Position numbers and translations under genes: made by a program | In this document: positions 48,936 through 58,939 of the stretch, one piece after another | Layout: each line of letters starts with the position of its first letter | Numbering within the stretch: position 1 is the first letter of the stretch | Origin: Candidatus Xenobia bacterium | GTDB taxonomy: Bacteria; Vulcanimicrobiota; Xenobia; Xenobiales; QWHO01 | DNA length: 64,000 nt | Direction: 5' to 3' | NCBI GenBank assembly: GCA_045863235.1 | Contig: BTUM01000032.1 | Location: 1-64,000 of the forward strand | The notes under the pieces: generated by a model | What the model was told of the DNA's origin: nothing | Database searches by the model: none | What the model saw: only the letters and a program-made list of their open reading frames with translations

Positions 48936-51362
48936 ATGTGGGAAGAAATTCTGGCCGGTCTGAATCCTCCTCAACACGAAGCGGTCGTGACCACCGAGGG
49001 TCCGGTGCTGATCCTGGCCGGCGCGGGCAGCGGCAAGACCCGGGTCTTGACCCGTCGCATCGCCTACATCCTGGCTCAAAAACTGGCATGGCGAAACCAG
49101 ATCCTGGCTGTAACCTTCACCAACAAAGCAGCTCGCGAGATGAAGGACCGCATCGAGGAGCTCTGTGGGGCAGGTCGTTTTCCTGATCTGGGCACCTTTC
49201 ACTCGGTCTGCTCCCGCTGGCTCCGCGTGCACTCCGAGAGTCTGGGCCTGTCCTCACGATTTGCCATTTACGACACCTCCGAGCAGACCATGGTCATGCG
49301 TGAGGTGGTGCGAGAGATGCGCCTGGACGAGAAACGCTTTCCGCCCACGGCCTTCTTGCACCAGGTCTCCAGTTGGAAGAACAGCCTGATCCTTCCCCCG
49401 CAGGCTCAGCGCGAAGCGAAATCACCCTATGAGCGGGACGTCTCCACCGCCTATGAGCTTTATCAGAAGAAGCTCAAGCTCAATCAGGCGGTAGATTTCG
49501 ATGACATTCTGGTTTACGCGGTGGAGCTGTTTCGCCACGATCCGGCTCTGCTCGAGCGTTACCAGGAGCGTCTTCGCTACATCCTCATCGACGAGTATCA
49601 GGACGTGAATCCGGTGCAGTATGAGCTGGTCCGCCTCCTGGCTGGCCGCCATCGCAACCTGTGCGCGGTGGGTGACGATGACCAGAGCATCTATGCCTTT
49701 CGTGGCGCTGACGTGTCCATTTTGCTGCGTTTTGAAGAAGACTTTCCCGAGTCCAAGATCATCAAGCTCGAGCAGAACTATCGCTCGACCCGCTTCATCC
49801 TGGAAGCCTCCAATGCGGTGGTTGCGAACAATCGAGGTCGCAAGGCCAAGGCCCTCTGGACCGACAAGCCGGGTGGGGAGAAGCTCCAACTCTACTCGGC
49901 AGCCGACGGACGCGACGAAGCCCGTTATGTGGCTCGAAGCATTCGCGATCTGGGAGGGGGATCGCGGCGTCCCTACGGAGACTTCGTGCTGCTCTACCGC
50001 ACCAACTCGATGTCTCGGCTCCTGGAAGAAGCCCTCATCCAGGCCGGCATCCCCTACAAGATCATCGGAGGGCTGCGCTTCTTCGAGCGCAAGGAGATCA
50101 AGGACGTGCTGAGCTACCTGCGCCTGCTGGTCAACGAAGCCGACTCGATCTCACTGCGCCGCATTCTCAACGTGCCACCGCGAGGCATTGGCGATACCAC
50201 TTTGCAGAAGCTCGAGCGCTTCAGCCAGAGCCAGGAGATCTCCCTTTACGAAGCCATGCGCCGGTCAGGCGAAGCAGGCCTGACGGGTAAGGCCAAGGAG
50301 GCCCTCGAGGGCCTGGCGAGCTGGCTCGACAGGTTGCGCGACAGGTTACGCTCGGGTGGAAAGCCCGTCGCCCCGGCCGAGTCGCTCTTCGACGAACCGG
50401 TGGCTCTGGAGGCGGTCAGCGTGACCGGCACTCTCAGAGAGGTGCTTAAAAAGAGCGGCTACCGTGACTGGCTGGGAGCCGATCAGAAGGTCGAAGCCCA
50501 GGCCCGTCTCGAGAACCTGGACGAACTCGAGAACGTCACCACGGAATTCGACCAGAATGCCGAGGATCCGTCGCTGGAGACCTTTCTGGCCGAGGTCTCC
50601 CTGCTGTCTGATCAGGATACCTACCAGGATTCCAGCCAGGCGGTCACGCTCATGACGTTGCACGCGGCCAAGGGATTGGAGTTCCCGGTGGTGTTCCTGG
50701 CCGGGTTGGAGGAGGGCACCTTTCCCCACCAGCGTTCCATCGACAACCCCGATGAGTTGGAAGAGGAGCGGCGCCTGTGCTACGTGGGGATGACCCGCGC
50801 TCGGCAAGTGCTGCGGCTGAGCCGGGCTCAGACCCGAGATGTCCACGGCACCCGCATCCCAAAGATGCCTTCCCGATTCCTGGCCGAGATCCCTCAGGAG
50901 TTGCTGTTGCAGGCCCGCAGCGAGTACTTTGTGCCCGAGCAGCGTCGAGAGCGCGAGAGTCCCAGTGTGGGCTCGGGCAAGTTCGCAGGCTGGGGAAAGT
51001 CCAGTCCGCCTGCGCGGGTCACCCCCCCGGCCGAGAAGCCTCGTCCCGTGCGCTCCGAGCTGCCGGCCCGCTTTCGGCCCGGCCAGAGGGTGATCCACAA
51101 GGTATTCGGCCAGGGTTCGGTGGAGAAGACCGAGCGCGATCTGGTCACGGTGAACTTCGACGAGAAGGGCGCCAAGACGGTTCAGGAGAGTTTTCTCTCA
51201 CCCATGGCCTCTGATCCCCTCGGCGTCGGCGATCGGGTGTTTCACTCGCGCTGGGGCAAGGGCGTCGTCAAGACGGCCGACCCGGGTGCGGTCACGGTCG
51301 TGTTCCCCGGTATGACCTTGCACCTGTCTCCGGAAGAGGCAGCCAAAACCCGCCGGCTTTAG
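48936..51362 (+). CDS. pcrA: UvrD/PcrA SF1 helicase with two C-terminal Tudor-like domains
   Basis: AGAGSGKT, TFTNKAA, DEYQD, VGDDDQSIY, QNYRS, HAAKGLEF, EERRLCYV. Confidence 0.95.
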   Translation: MWEEILAGLNPPQHEAVVTTEGPVLILAGAGSGKTRVLTRRIAYILAQKLAWRNQILAVTFTNKAAREMKDRIEELCGAGRFPDLGTFHSVCSRWLRVHSESLGLSSRFAIYDTSEQTMVMREVVREMRLDEKRFPPTAFLHQVSSWKNSLILPPQAQREAKSPYERDVSTAYELYQKKLKLNQAVDFDDILVYAVELFRHDPALLERYQERLRYILIDEYQDVNPVQYELVRLLAGRHRNLCAVGDDDQSIYAFRGADVSILLRFEEDFPESKIIKLEQNYRSTRFILEASNAVVANNRGRKAKALWTDKPGGEKLQLYSAADGRDEARYVARSIRDLGGGSRRPYGDFVLLYRTNSMSRLLEEALIQAGIPYKIIGGLRFFERKEIKDVLSYLRLLVNEADSISLRRILNVPPRGIGDTTLQKLERFSQSQEISLYEAMRRSGEAGLTGKAKEALEGLASWLDRLRDRLRSGGKPVAPAESLFDEPVALEAVSVTGTLREVLKKSGYRDWLGADQKVEAQARLENLDELENVTTEFDQNAEDPSLETFLAEVSLLSDQDTYQDSSQAVTLMTLHAAKGLEFPVVFLAGLEEGTFPHQRSIDNPDELEEERRLCYVGMTRARQVLRLSRAQTRDVHGTRIPKMPSRFLAEIPQELLLQARSEYFVPEQRRERESPSVGSGKFAGWGKSSPPARVTPPAEKPRPVRSELPARFRPGQRVIHKVFGQGSVEKTERDLVTVNFDEKGAKTVQESFLSPMASDPLGVGDRVFHSRWGKGVVKTADPGAVTVVFPGMTLHLSPEEAAKTRRL

Positions 51363-51444
51363 GCAACTCCGCCTGCCGCCGAGAGCGCCAGGGACACGAA
51401 GGCCCTGTCTGGGCGCACCCCTCCGCGAGCTGAGCCAGGCTAAT

Positions 51445-51465
51445 GTGCTCGCACTTTGGTTTTGC
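51445..51465 (+). repeat. Dispersed 21-bp motif, copy 2 (GTGCTCGCACTTTGGTTTTGC)
   Basis: Matches 9770 and 61335; convergent junction. Confidence 0.8.
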
Positions 51466-51475
51466 CCATCAGCCT

Positions 51476-53299
51476 TCACCCTCGGCGAGGTACTCGCACG
51501 CCGCCGATGACCACCGCGTCCTCCTGCTGGGCGACGCTGCCCTGACTGGTCGGCCCACCGAAGGAGGCCTTCAGCGCCTTCTCCACGTCGTCGTGAAGGA
51601 CCAGATTCTGCAGGAACTGAGTGACCCGCTGATCGGTCTGGCGGGGGTCGCTCTTGCCCTCGCGCAAATCCTGCTGAAAGTAGGTGAAGACCTCGGTGGC
51701 GCGGTCCTGGTGGCGACCTACGGCCATGCCTTCCAGCAACTTGCAAAAGCGTTCGCCGGTAGTCGCCAGACTCTCCGAGCCGGCCCGCTCGGCCAGGATG
51801 GTGCGGTAGCAAAAGCTGGTCTGATCGGTGCTCCCGGCGGGCAGGCGGCGAGCGATGTCGGTGAAAAGCCGGGTGCGGTCTTCCTGGCTCTCCGCGCCCA
51901 CGGTGATGCGGACCAGGTCCATCCCTTCACTGGCGGCGGCGATCGAGCCGCTGGCCGACAGCAAGCTGAAGAACAGGTCTTCGAGTTGCTCCTGGCGCTG
52001 GGGATTGTTAGCCGCTCTGGCGGCGATCACTTCCTGGGTCTGGCTGAGCACCCGATTGGCCTGCTCGTAGCCCTGGCGGGCGTAAGTCGTGCTGACCAGG
52101 GCTGTCTTGCGAGCCAGCTCGAAGGGGGTGGCGCACTCGGCGAACAGCTTCTTGGTCAGCCCACCAACGCGCTCGCTGACCCGATAGTTGTCATCGTCCC
52201 CCTTCTTGCTGCCCCGAAGCAGTTCTGCGTAAACGGCTGCAGCCACACGCAGCGGGAACTTTTCGCCCCCCTGGATCACGATCTGAGGAAAATAGACGTT
52301 GTCGCGCTCCCATCCCGCCTCGGCATAAGCCCCCGACAGAACCTCGCGATAGACGGCATCGTATTCAGCCAGGCGTCGAGAGAGCCCGGGCAGGTTGGCA
52401 AGCTCGTCGCGACTGACGCTCAGCAGGACCCCCTTTCCTTCGCGCGCCCATACGTTCTTGGCTTCCTGCAAGTAGACCGAGCGTGCATCGATCTTGTTGC
52501 GGTCGCTGTAGAACTCGAAGCCCTTCTCTTGCGCTTGCTTCAAATCTTCCGCCAGTGCCGGATCCTTGAGCCCGCGGTCCGTCCCGGAGCCGCAAAAGTA
52601 GTCGAGTGCGGACAGGGTTTCGGCGTTGGCCGCCACTCTGTCGTTGCCGGGGGCGGCGAAGTAGATGTCCTGCCCGGCAGCGAGTCCGCGCAGGTGCTCC
52701 AGGGTGTCGCTGGGGCGCCTCTCGTCCTCGTCATAGTAGTAGGAGGAGCTGGAGGTCGGCTTGTAATCCTTGGCTTGGAGACTGCGCAGGGTCTCGAGCC
52801 GGGTCTTGTCCTCACCGGTGAGGACGTCGTGGCCCAGGACAGCGTCGGCAAACTGCAGATCGCGCAGGGCGGTCACCTTACGTCGGTCGGTGCCGGGCAT
52901 GGTGATCTGCAGACGGTCCAGTTTGTCAGCTTTCTGTTTCAGGACGTGCTCGCAGGCTTTGTCGGCCGTCAGCTCCTGGTGTCTGGGACGGAGCCCGAAG
53001 GGGAGCACGAAGCGTCTTCGATACTCGAACCTGGCTCCGCCCTGCTCAAGCCTGCGGAAGGCCTGGAGCAGGTCCTGGCGGGCAGTCTCGCTGATAACAG
53101 AGCCAATTGGCCCACCCACGGTCGAGCCGGCCACCAACACTCCCGCCTGCGCGAGCTCGGGCCAGGGATTGGCCAGGGGAGTGGACTGCAGTTGAACCTT
53201 ATCGCCGGGGTCGGCCGGTGTCGTCTCGGCCGCGGCGGCCGGTCGCGAAGCTACGAATGTCGGTCGGGAGGTCAGGCTCTGGAGCGAGGTGATCATCAC
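51476..53299 (-). CDS. Hypothetical helical protein with S/T/P/A-rich leader
   Basis: 607-aa ORF; no family recognised; leader contains DKVQLQS. Confidence 0.75.
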   Translation of the reverse strand: MMITSLQSLTSRPTFVASRPAAAAETTPADPGDKVQLQSTPLANPWPELAQAGVLVAGSTVGGPIGSVISETARQDLLQAFRRLEQGGARFEYRRRFVLPFGLRPRHQELTADKACEHVLKQKADKLDRLQITMPGTDRRKVTALRDLQFADAVLGHDVLTGEDKTRLETLRSLQAKDYKPTSSSSYYYDEDERRPSDTLEHLRGLAAGQDIYFAAPGNDRVAANAETLSALDYFCGSGTDRGLKDPALAEDLKQAQEKGFEFYSDRNKIDARSVYLQEAKNVWAREGKGVLLSVSRDELANLPGLSRRLAEYDAVYREVLSGAYAEAGWERDNVYFPQIVIQGGEKFPLRVAAAVYAELLRGSKKGDDDNYRVSERVGGLTKKLFAECATPFELARKTALVSTTYARQGYEQANRVLSQTQEVIAARAANNPQRQEQLEDLFFSLLSASGSIAAASEGMDLVRITVGAESQEDRTRLFTDIARRLPAGSTDQTSFCYRTILAERAGSESLATTGERFCKLLEGMAVGRHQDRATEVFTYFQQDLREGKSDPRQTDQRVTQFLQNLVLHDDVEKALKASFGGPTSQGSVAQQEDAVVIGGVRVPRRG

Positions 53300-53306
53300 G
53301 CCTTCA

Positions 53307-53350
53307 AGTCTACGATCTTCCGGCCAGCACGGGGTGAAGGTCGTGTTAAC
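53307..53350 (-). promoter_or_regulatory. Putative promoter: GTTAACA/CTTCACC boxes plus -10 TAGACT
   Basis: Box 53344-53350 ends 31 nt before TAGACT 53307-53312; GCTGTTAACA is identical to the GDSL promoter. Confidence 0.6.
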
Positions 53351-53365
53351 AGCTCGCCGGGCCCG

Positions 53366-53385
53366 TTTTTCAGGCTTTTTTCAGG
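53366..53385. promoter_or_regulatory. TTTTTCAGG direct repeat, 11-bp period
   Basis: The same pair occurs at 48184-48203. Confidence 0.55.
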
Positions 53386-53477
53386 GTGCACGCGGCAGCG
53401 AACTGTGTCCGCAGGAGAACCACGATACCCTTCGAATCGAATTTACGTCAAGAATTTGCAAAGCGAGGGCAGAAATC

Positions 53478-53864
53478 TTGTTGAACGCCAGGAACCTGGT
53501 CGCCGCGGTGGCCGGAATCGTGCTCAGCCTGGGGATGGTGGCGCAGGCCGAGCAGGAAGACTATTGCGTCCTCTCGGTGGACAAGGGCAATGGCACGCTG
53601 ACCGTGGTCGAGGCCGACGAGTTGTCGATCCGGAATGTAGGGTGCGACCCGGCCAACTACCAGTCGGCTCCCAAAGTCACCGTCAAGCTGGCCCCGCACA
53701 CCAATTATATCCAGGCTCACGCGCTCGAGAACGAGCAGGAGCACGATGAATGGTACCATACCGAGGAGGACTTCCTGTTCAATGTCCGACCGGGGGATCT
53801 GATCGAGGTCGAGGGGAATGTTTCCAGTCCTGATCAGATCTGGCTCCACCGCATTCGGTACTGA
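53478..53864 (+). CDS. Small secreted protein (OB-like)
   Basis: Signal peptide ending VAQA; TTG after GAGGG; V.PGD.IEVEG. Confidence 0.6.
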   Translation: MLNARNLVAAVAGIVLSLGMVAQAEQEDYCVLSVDKGNGTLTVVEADELSIRNVGCDPANYQSAPKVTVKLAPHTNYIQAHALENEQEHDEWYHTEEDFLFNVRPGDLIEVEGNVSSPDQIWLHRIRY

Positions 53865-53888
53865 CCTTCGAAACGGCGGCCAACGCCG

Positions 53889-55457
53889 ATGATCGAGGAA
53901 GTCTTCGAGAATCTGGTCGATCAGTTCAGCGATCCCTTTACCTTTTATCGCGAGCTGATTCAGAACGCCATGGACGCAGGCTCCAATCGCGTCGAGGTTC
54001 GGGTGGAGTATCGCCCGGCTGAGCAGCGTGTGGTGGTGGATGTGGTCGACTTCGGCGAGGGGATGAACCAGCGCATCATCAACACCGAGCTGACCAGGCT
54101 GTTCTCTTCCAGCAAAGAAAACGACCTCACCAAAATCGGAAAATTTGGTATCGGCTTCGTGTCGGTTTTTGCCCTCAACCCTGAAGTTGTGACCGTGGAT
54201 ACGGGCCGCGACGGAGAGTACTGGCGAGTGGTCTTCCAGGGGGGCACCAACTTCGAGTGTCTCAAGCTTGACCATCCGGTCGAGGGCACCCGGGTGCGAC
54301 TCTACAAGAGGCTCCAGGCTGACGAATTCGACCATTTCCTGACCAAGTCGCGGGATACCATCTCGTTCTGGTGTCGTTTCTCCGATACCGAGGTGCTCTT
54401 CAACGGGCTCAAACTGAACGAGCCTCTGGCGGTCGACTCTCCCTGCCAGGTGCGCCATACCCGACCGGGCACCGAGCTGGTGGTCGGGGTCACCTCGGTC
54501 AAACCTCCTCCTTTCGGGATGTACAATCGCGGTCTGACCCTCAAGGAGGCTGCCCAGGAGTTCTTTCCCGGGGTTTGCTTCCGCATCAAATCTCGCTATC
54601 TCGAGCACACCCTCACCCGTGACAACGTCATTGTCGACGAGAATTACCATAAAGCTTTGAAAATCTTGCGCGAGTGCGTGCGCAACCATCTGCCCGAGGA
54701 GATGTTTGCGCGGATCAAGAGCTGGCTATACGACTCGGCCAGCTTTGACAAGCTCGACGAGCTGCTCGGGGAGGCCGCCCCTTACCTGAGCAACTACCGC
54801 GAAGGCATGGCCAAGAAGTTTCGCACGATGCCGCTCTTTCCCACTCTTCACGGTGCTCCTCTCAGCCTTTCTCAGCTCCGCTGGGCCAGTTTCTTCGAAG
54901 GAGCCGTTTACCTCGAGCTCGAGCCGAACCGGGTCTCCAGTGAGCTGGCCCGGGTCGGAATTCCCGTCTTGAAGGGGGAGGTCGGCTCGGGGATCGCCCT
55001 GGCTGCTCAGGCCGTGACCGGACGGAGTCCCCTGGTCGCTTCTCACTCGGTCGCGGTGCCCATCGTGCGAACGCGCCAGGCTGCCCGGCGCGAGCTCAGC
55101 CGGCTGGGCGGGGCCATCAAGACCATCTTGAAGCGGGGCAAGGTCAGCATTCAGGAGGTGCGCCTGGCTTCGTTCGACTACCCGGGCTCGGTGGTGGAGA
55201 AGTTGCCAGCCCTCCTTCAGTCGGGAGAGGGCGTCCCCATTCGGCTCTTCGACCGCGGTATCTTGCGCAGTCTGCGCGTCAAGCCCGGCTTGTTACTGCT
55301 CAACGAAAGCCATCCCCTGGTGGCTCGGGCTCTGGCACGCGCCGAGCATACGCCGTTGCTGGCCAGCTTCGTCCTGGCCAAAGCTGCTCTGCTCAACGAC
55401 GGATTGTCCAGCGAAACGGAAGCCAGCCTGGTGGGCCAGGCCCTCAAACTGGCGTGA
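53889..55457 (+). CDS. Hsp90-like GHKL ATPase
   Basis: RELIQNAMDA, DFGEGM, GKFGIGF.S.F, GT.V, LTRD, LNESHPLV. Confidence 0.85.
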   Translation: MIEEVFENLVDQFSDPFTFYRELIQNAMDAGSNRVEVRVEYRPAEQRVVVDVVDFGEGMNQRIINTELTRLFSSSKENDLTKIGKFGIGFVSVFALNPEVVTVDTGRDGEYWRVVFQGGTNFECLKLDHPVEGTRVRLYKRLQADEFDHFLTKSRDTISFWCRFSDTEVLFNGLKLNEPLAVDSPCQVRHTRPGTELVVGVTSVKPPPFGMYNRGLTLKEAAQEFFPGVCFRIKSRYLEHTLTRDNVIVDENYHKALKILRECVRNHLPEEMFARIKSWLYDSASFDKLDELLGEAAPYLSNYREGMAKKFRTMPLFPTLHGAPLSLSQLRWASFFEGAVYLELEPNRVSSELARVGIPVLKGEVGSGIALAAQAVTGRSPLVASHSVAVPIVRTRQAARRELSRLGGAIKTILKRGKVSIQEVRLASFDYPGSVVEKLPALLQSGEGVPIRLFDRGILRSLRVKPGLLLLNESHPLVARALARAEHTPLLASFVLAKAALLNDGLSSETEASLVGQALKLA

Positions 55458-58400
55458 GCCTGCCCCAAGAGATCCTTGCGGGGGCCCAGAAGGGCTACAA
55501 GGGCTCTTTCACCCTGGCTGTCGAGAAGGCGCGCGAGAAGCTCAAGCGCTTTCAGCTCACCGACCCTCGCTACTACATCCTGCAGGTCATCGAGGCCCTG
55601 CTGGCTTCCGGGGCGACCGACATCCGAGTTTCTCACGAGGTCGTGCTGAGCGTCGATCTCACGCTCAGCTCGTACATCCTGGTCATCGAGTTCGATGGGC
55701 CTGGCTACACCCGCGAGGAGCTCGAGCAGCTCTATGACTTCCTGTTCATCTCTCAGGCTGACCGACAGCGGGATCGGTTGCGCGAGCTGGCTCTCGCCCT
55801 GATGAGTTGCCAGGCCCTGCGGCCCACCGTCATCAAGCTCGAGAGTCAGGGGGCCGTCTGGCAGCGCTGCGTTTCCGACAAGCCGGAAGAGCACCTCAAG
55901 GAGCGCGTGCTCGAGCGAGCCACGCAGGCGGGCAGTCGACTCGAGATTCGCGGGCCTGGCAAGGGTAGTGAAATCGAGCTGTTGCGGTCTTACTGCACCC
56001 TGGTGCAGGTGCCGATCCTGGTGAACGGGGACCAGATCAGCGCCACCCCGAAAAGCTTGACCGGAGTCTGTCCCTGGCCGAACTATCGCTTTACCCGGGG
56101 CCAGCTGAGCGGATGGATCGGTCTGCCCTATGCCGAGATGGCTCGTTCCTCGCTCACCTTCCTGCGCTACGGGGTGCAGTTTGCCCGGCGGCTCGAGCAC
56201 CGACTCACTCCCGCCGTTTCGGTCGTGCTCGAGGACCCGCGTATCCGCAAGAATGCCAGCCAGACCGACGTGGTCGAGGATGACGGCTACTTCGAGGTCC
56301 TCCAGGAGGTCCAGCAGGTTCTCTTTGAGTTCGCGCTCGAGTTCAGCCGCAAGTACATCCCCGGCTACCAGCGCCAGGCAGTGCAGAACTTTCTTTCCCA
56401 ACTTTTGTGTGACTGGATGAGCCCGGAGGTGCTGCTGTCAGCCGAGCAGGACTCGACTCCCGAGCTTCAGCAACTGCTCAACCTGCCTCTGTTCACCGAC
56501 CGCCTGGGCCAGATGTGGCCCCTCAAGGAGGTGGTGGCTCAGTACCGCAAGGACGGATTCGTGAGCATTTGCTCGCGGCGGATGCCCCACGCTCACCGGG
56601 TCGACTGGTTGGTGCTCAACCCGGGCGCCGATGAACTGAGCTTGCTCAAGTCGCTCTTTGATCGCATTCGCAACGTGGACGAGGAGATCAAGCGCATTCA
56701 GGCCCTGGGCACCGGGCGAGCCACGCCCGCTCCGGCCCCCAACACCAGTCCGGCGCTGGCCGAGCGGGCCGTGACCGGGGGGGGGTTTTCCTGCGTTCTG
56801 CGCATTCCCAACGACTACCCGGTAGGCTCTCTGGAGCTCTTTTTCCCTGCTCAACAGGGTTGGGTGCGCCATACGGACTACTTCAACGGTCTTTCCATCC
56901 AGGTCGAGATCACCGGTCCCTGGCGAGCGGATGCGGTGCGACTGGCCAGAACGGCGGTCGAGGAGAACCATATCGAGCTCTATCGGCACCTGCTGGCCCG
57001 CCTGCTCAAGAGCCACCGTACTCCCCAGCACCGCCAGCCCATCCTGAGGGCCCTCGAGCACCTGCTGGCTTACTGGTCGAGTCTGTTTCCCACGGGCTGG
57101 CCAGGGGTGCGCAAGTTCAACGAGCGGGTGATCAGCGCACGGACCGCGGTGGGGGAGGAGATCTGGCAGGCTCAGGTCTTTGCCACCCGCTCGGGCAGTC
57201 TGGTCAGTCTGAATGATATGTCCGTCTGGTTAGGGAGCTTCGAGAGCCTGGCCCTGGCTTACGGGGGACGGCCCATTGAAGGGGACCACGCGATCGATGG
57301 CAGTCCGGCCGTGGCTCGCTTTCTCAGCCTGATCTTCGGTACCGAGCGGATTCAGCGGGTGACGCTGGGCACCGCCCTGCTGCCTCAGCGCCAGAAGCAG
57401 CGTCTGTTGCCCGGCGCGGCTGAGAACCCGGCCCAGCTCGTGGAGGTAGAGACCGCGGTTGAGGCCGATCCCGAGTTGGAGGAGATCTCCCTGGACGCGC
57501 TGAGAGCGGCCATGGAAGCCGAGATGCCCGCCCCCGAGCCCCCGCCTCCCCCTCCGCAACAGCCGCAGGTGGAGACAGAAGAGCTGCCTGGACCCGACGA
57601 GAGCGACGAGCCCGAGGAGATCCCTCCGTCGGCCGACAGCGAGTCGCTCCCCCCTCCCGAGTTCAGCCCGGTGCCCGAGCCGGTGCGCACCCAGAGTGAG
57701 CAGACGACCACCCTGGTGGCCATCTCTTTCAGTCAGGAAGGCCTGGCCGGCTGGCTTGGCCTGACGGCCCAGGGCTCGGGCATTGTCAGCGTCTGTCAGG
57801 GCGGGCATGAAGTGGCCGGCGGGCCCCTGCTCGAGTTGCCCGTTACCGGCTGGGTGGTGGCGGCGGACAATCGTTCGCTGGTCGTGGAGAACGGCGTCGT
57901 CTTTTGGACCGAGGACCAGGGCGCCGTCTTGCTCGGCCACCTCGAGCGTCTCTATGAGGAACTGGCCCAGTGGATGGCCGACAAGCACCCGCAGGGGCGC
58001 GAGTTCCGACGCGGGCGCGAGCTGTTGGTCCACTTTCTGGGGCGTTTCCCGGATCTGACTCGCAGTCGGCTCGGGCGCGGTCGCCCCGACGACCCCATCG
58101 GCTCGCTCAAGTTCTTGCCGGCGGCCGGGGGAACCTTGAGCTCGTTGGCGACCTTCTATGAGGAGACGCGAACTCGAGGCTCCTTACACGTCATTCAAGA
58201 GTTCGGGCTCAATCCGGATATGGCCTACCCGGTGGCGGTGGTCGGGCGGACCGTGTCCGAGTCCTTTTACCGCGAGCTTCTGGGTGTGGAAACCCTGCAT
58301 CCCTTTCGCGAGTCCGAGCGACCCATCGAGGAGCGCTTTCTTCAGGTGCTGCGCCGAGAGCTTCGCCTTCTGCGCGAACGGGGAGACTTTCGTCTATCAG

Positions 58401-58702
58401 ACGAGATTCTGGCGGGGATCGATTGGCAGGCCAACGCGGCCCATTTCGTAGAGCACAACCCGGCCACTCGCACCACCGGCCTCGACCTCGAGCACCGTAT
58501 CGTACGCGAGGTGCTGCGTCGCTTTGATCACGATCGACGTCTTCTGCCCATGTTGCTCAGCTCTCTTTACACCGCCATCAATCGGGCTCTGGAGGAAGTG
58601 GGCGACGAGGATGAGCTCGAATTTCTGGAGACCCTGCTCGAGGTCTACCCGGATGAGCAGGCTCGCCAGCAGCGGACCGGGAGTCTTCTGAAAGATTCCT
58701 GA
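55454..58702 (+). CDS. Large degenerate GHKL/Hsp90-like protein
   Basis: GHKL-like N-terminus lacking ATP motifs; GTGA overlap with the upstream gene. Confidence 0.7.
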   Translation: MSLPQEILAGAQKGYKGSFTLAVEKAREKLKRFQLTDPRYYILQVIEALLASGATDIRVSHEVVLSVDLTLSSYILVIEFDGPGYTREELEQLYDFLFISQADRQRDRLRELALALMSCQALRPTVIKLESQGAVWQRCVSDKPEEHLKERVLERATQAGSRLEIRGPGKGSEIELLRSYCTLVQVPILVNGDQISATPKSLTGVCPWPNYRFTRGQLSGWIGLPYAEMARSSLTFLRYGVQFARRLEHRLTPAVSVVLEDPRIRKNASQTDVVEDDGYFEVLQEVQQVLFEFALEFSRKYIPGYQRQAVQNFLSQLLCDWMSPEVLLSAEQDSTPELQQLLNLPLFTDRLGQMWPLKEVVAQYRKDGFVSICSRRMPHAHRVDWLVLNPGADELSLLKSLFDRIRNVDEEIKRIQALGTGRATPAPAPNTSPALAERAVTGGGFSCVLRIPNDYPVGSLELFFPAQQGWVRHTDYFNGLSIQVEITGPWRADAVRLARTAVEENHIELYRHLLARLLKSHRTPQHRQPILRALEHLLAYWSSLFPTGWPGVRKFNERVISARTAVGEEIWQAQVFATRSGSLVSLNDMSVWLGSFESLALAYGGRPIEGDHAIDGSPAVARFLSLIFGTERIQRVTLGTALLPQRQKQRLLPGAAENPAQLVEVETAVEADPELEEISLDALRAAMEAEMPAPEPPPPPPQQPQVETEELPGPDESDEPEEIPPSADSESLPPPEFSPVPEPVRTQSEQTTTLVAISFSQEGLAGWLGLTAQGSGIVSVCQGGHEVAGGPLLELPVTGWVVAADNRSLVVENGVVFWTEDQGAVLLGHLERLYEELAQWMADKHPQGREFRRGRELLVHFLGRFPDLTRSRLGRGRPDDPIGSLKFLPAAGGTLSSLATFYEETRTRGSLHVIQEFGLNPDMAYPVAVVGRTVSESFYRELLGVETLHPFRESERPIEERFLQVLRRELRLLRERGDFRLSDEILAGIDWQANAAHFVEHNPATRTTGLDLEHRIVREVLRRFDHDRRLLPMLLSSLYTAINRALEEVGDEDELEFLETLLEVYPDEQARQQRTGSLLKDS

Positions 58703-58831
58703 AAGGCGAAGTTTTGCCAGGACGTAAACCTGGTTACCGGAACTTTAAGGACTCATGCTCGGGCTGTGAACTGACGGCCTGGTTACAGCACTTTTTGCGA
58801 TTGGACGCGGTCTGATCCTTGCTATCGCTGT

Positions 58832-58886
58832 GTTCACACCCCGGCAACATCCAGTTCATCTTCCTTACTTTCTCCACTCATATAGT
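58832..58886 (+). promoter_or_regulatory. Putative promoter: GTTCACA/GGCAACA/GTTCATC boxes plus -10 TATAGT
   Basis: 11-bp period; box 58843-58849 ends 31 nt before TATAGT 58881-58886. Confidence 0.6.
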
Positions 58887-58939
58887 GACCGCGGAATTCA
58901 TCCCCGTCGGGGACAAAAAGAGGAGAGAAAAAAGTCACC

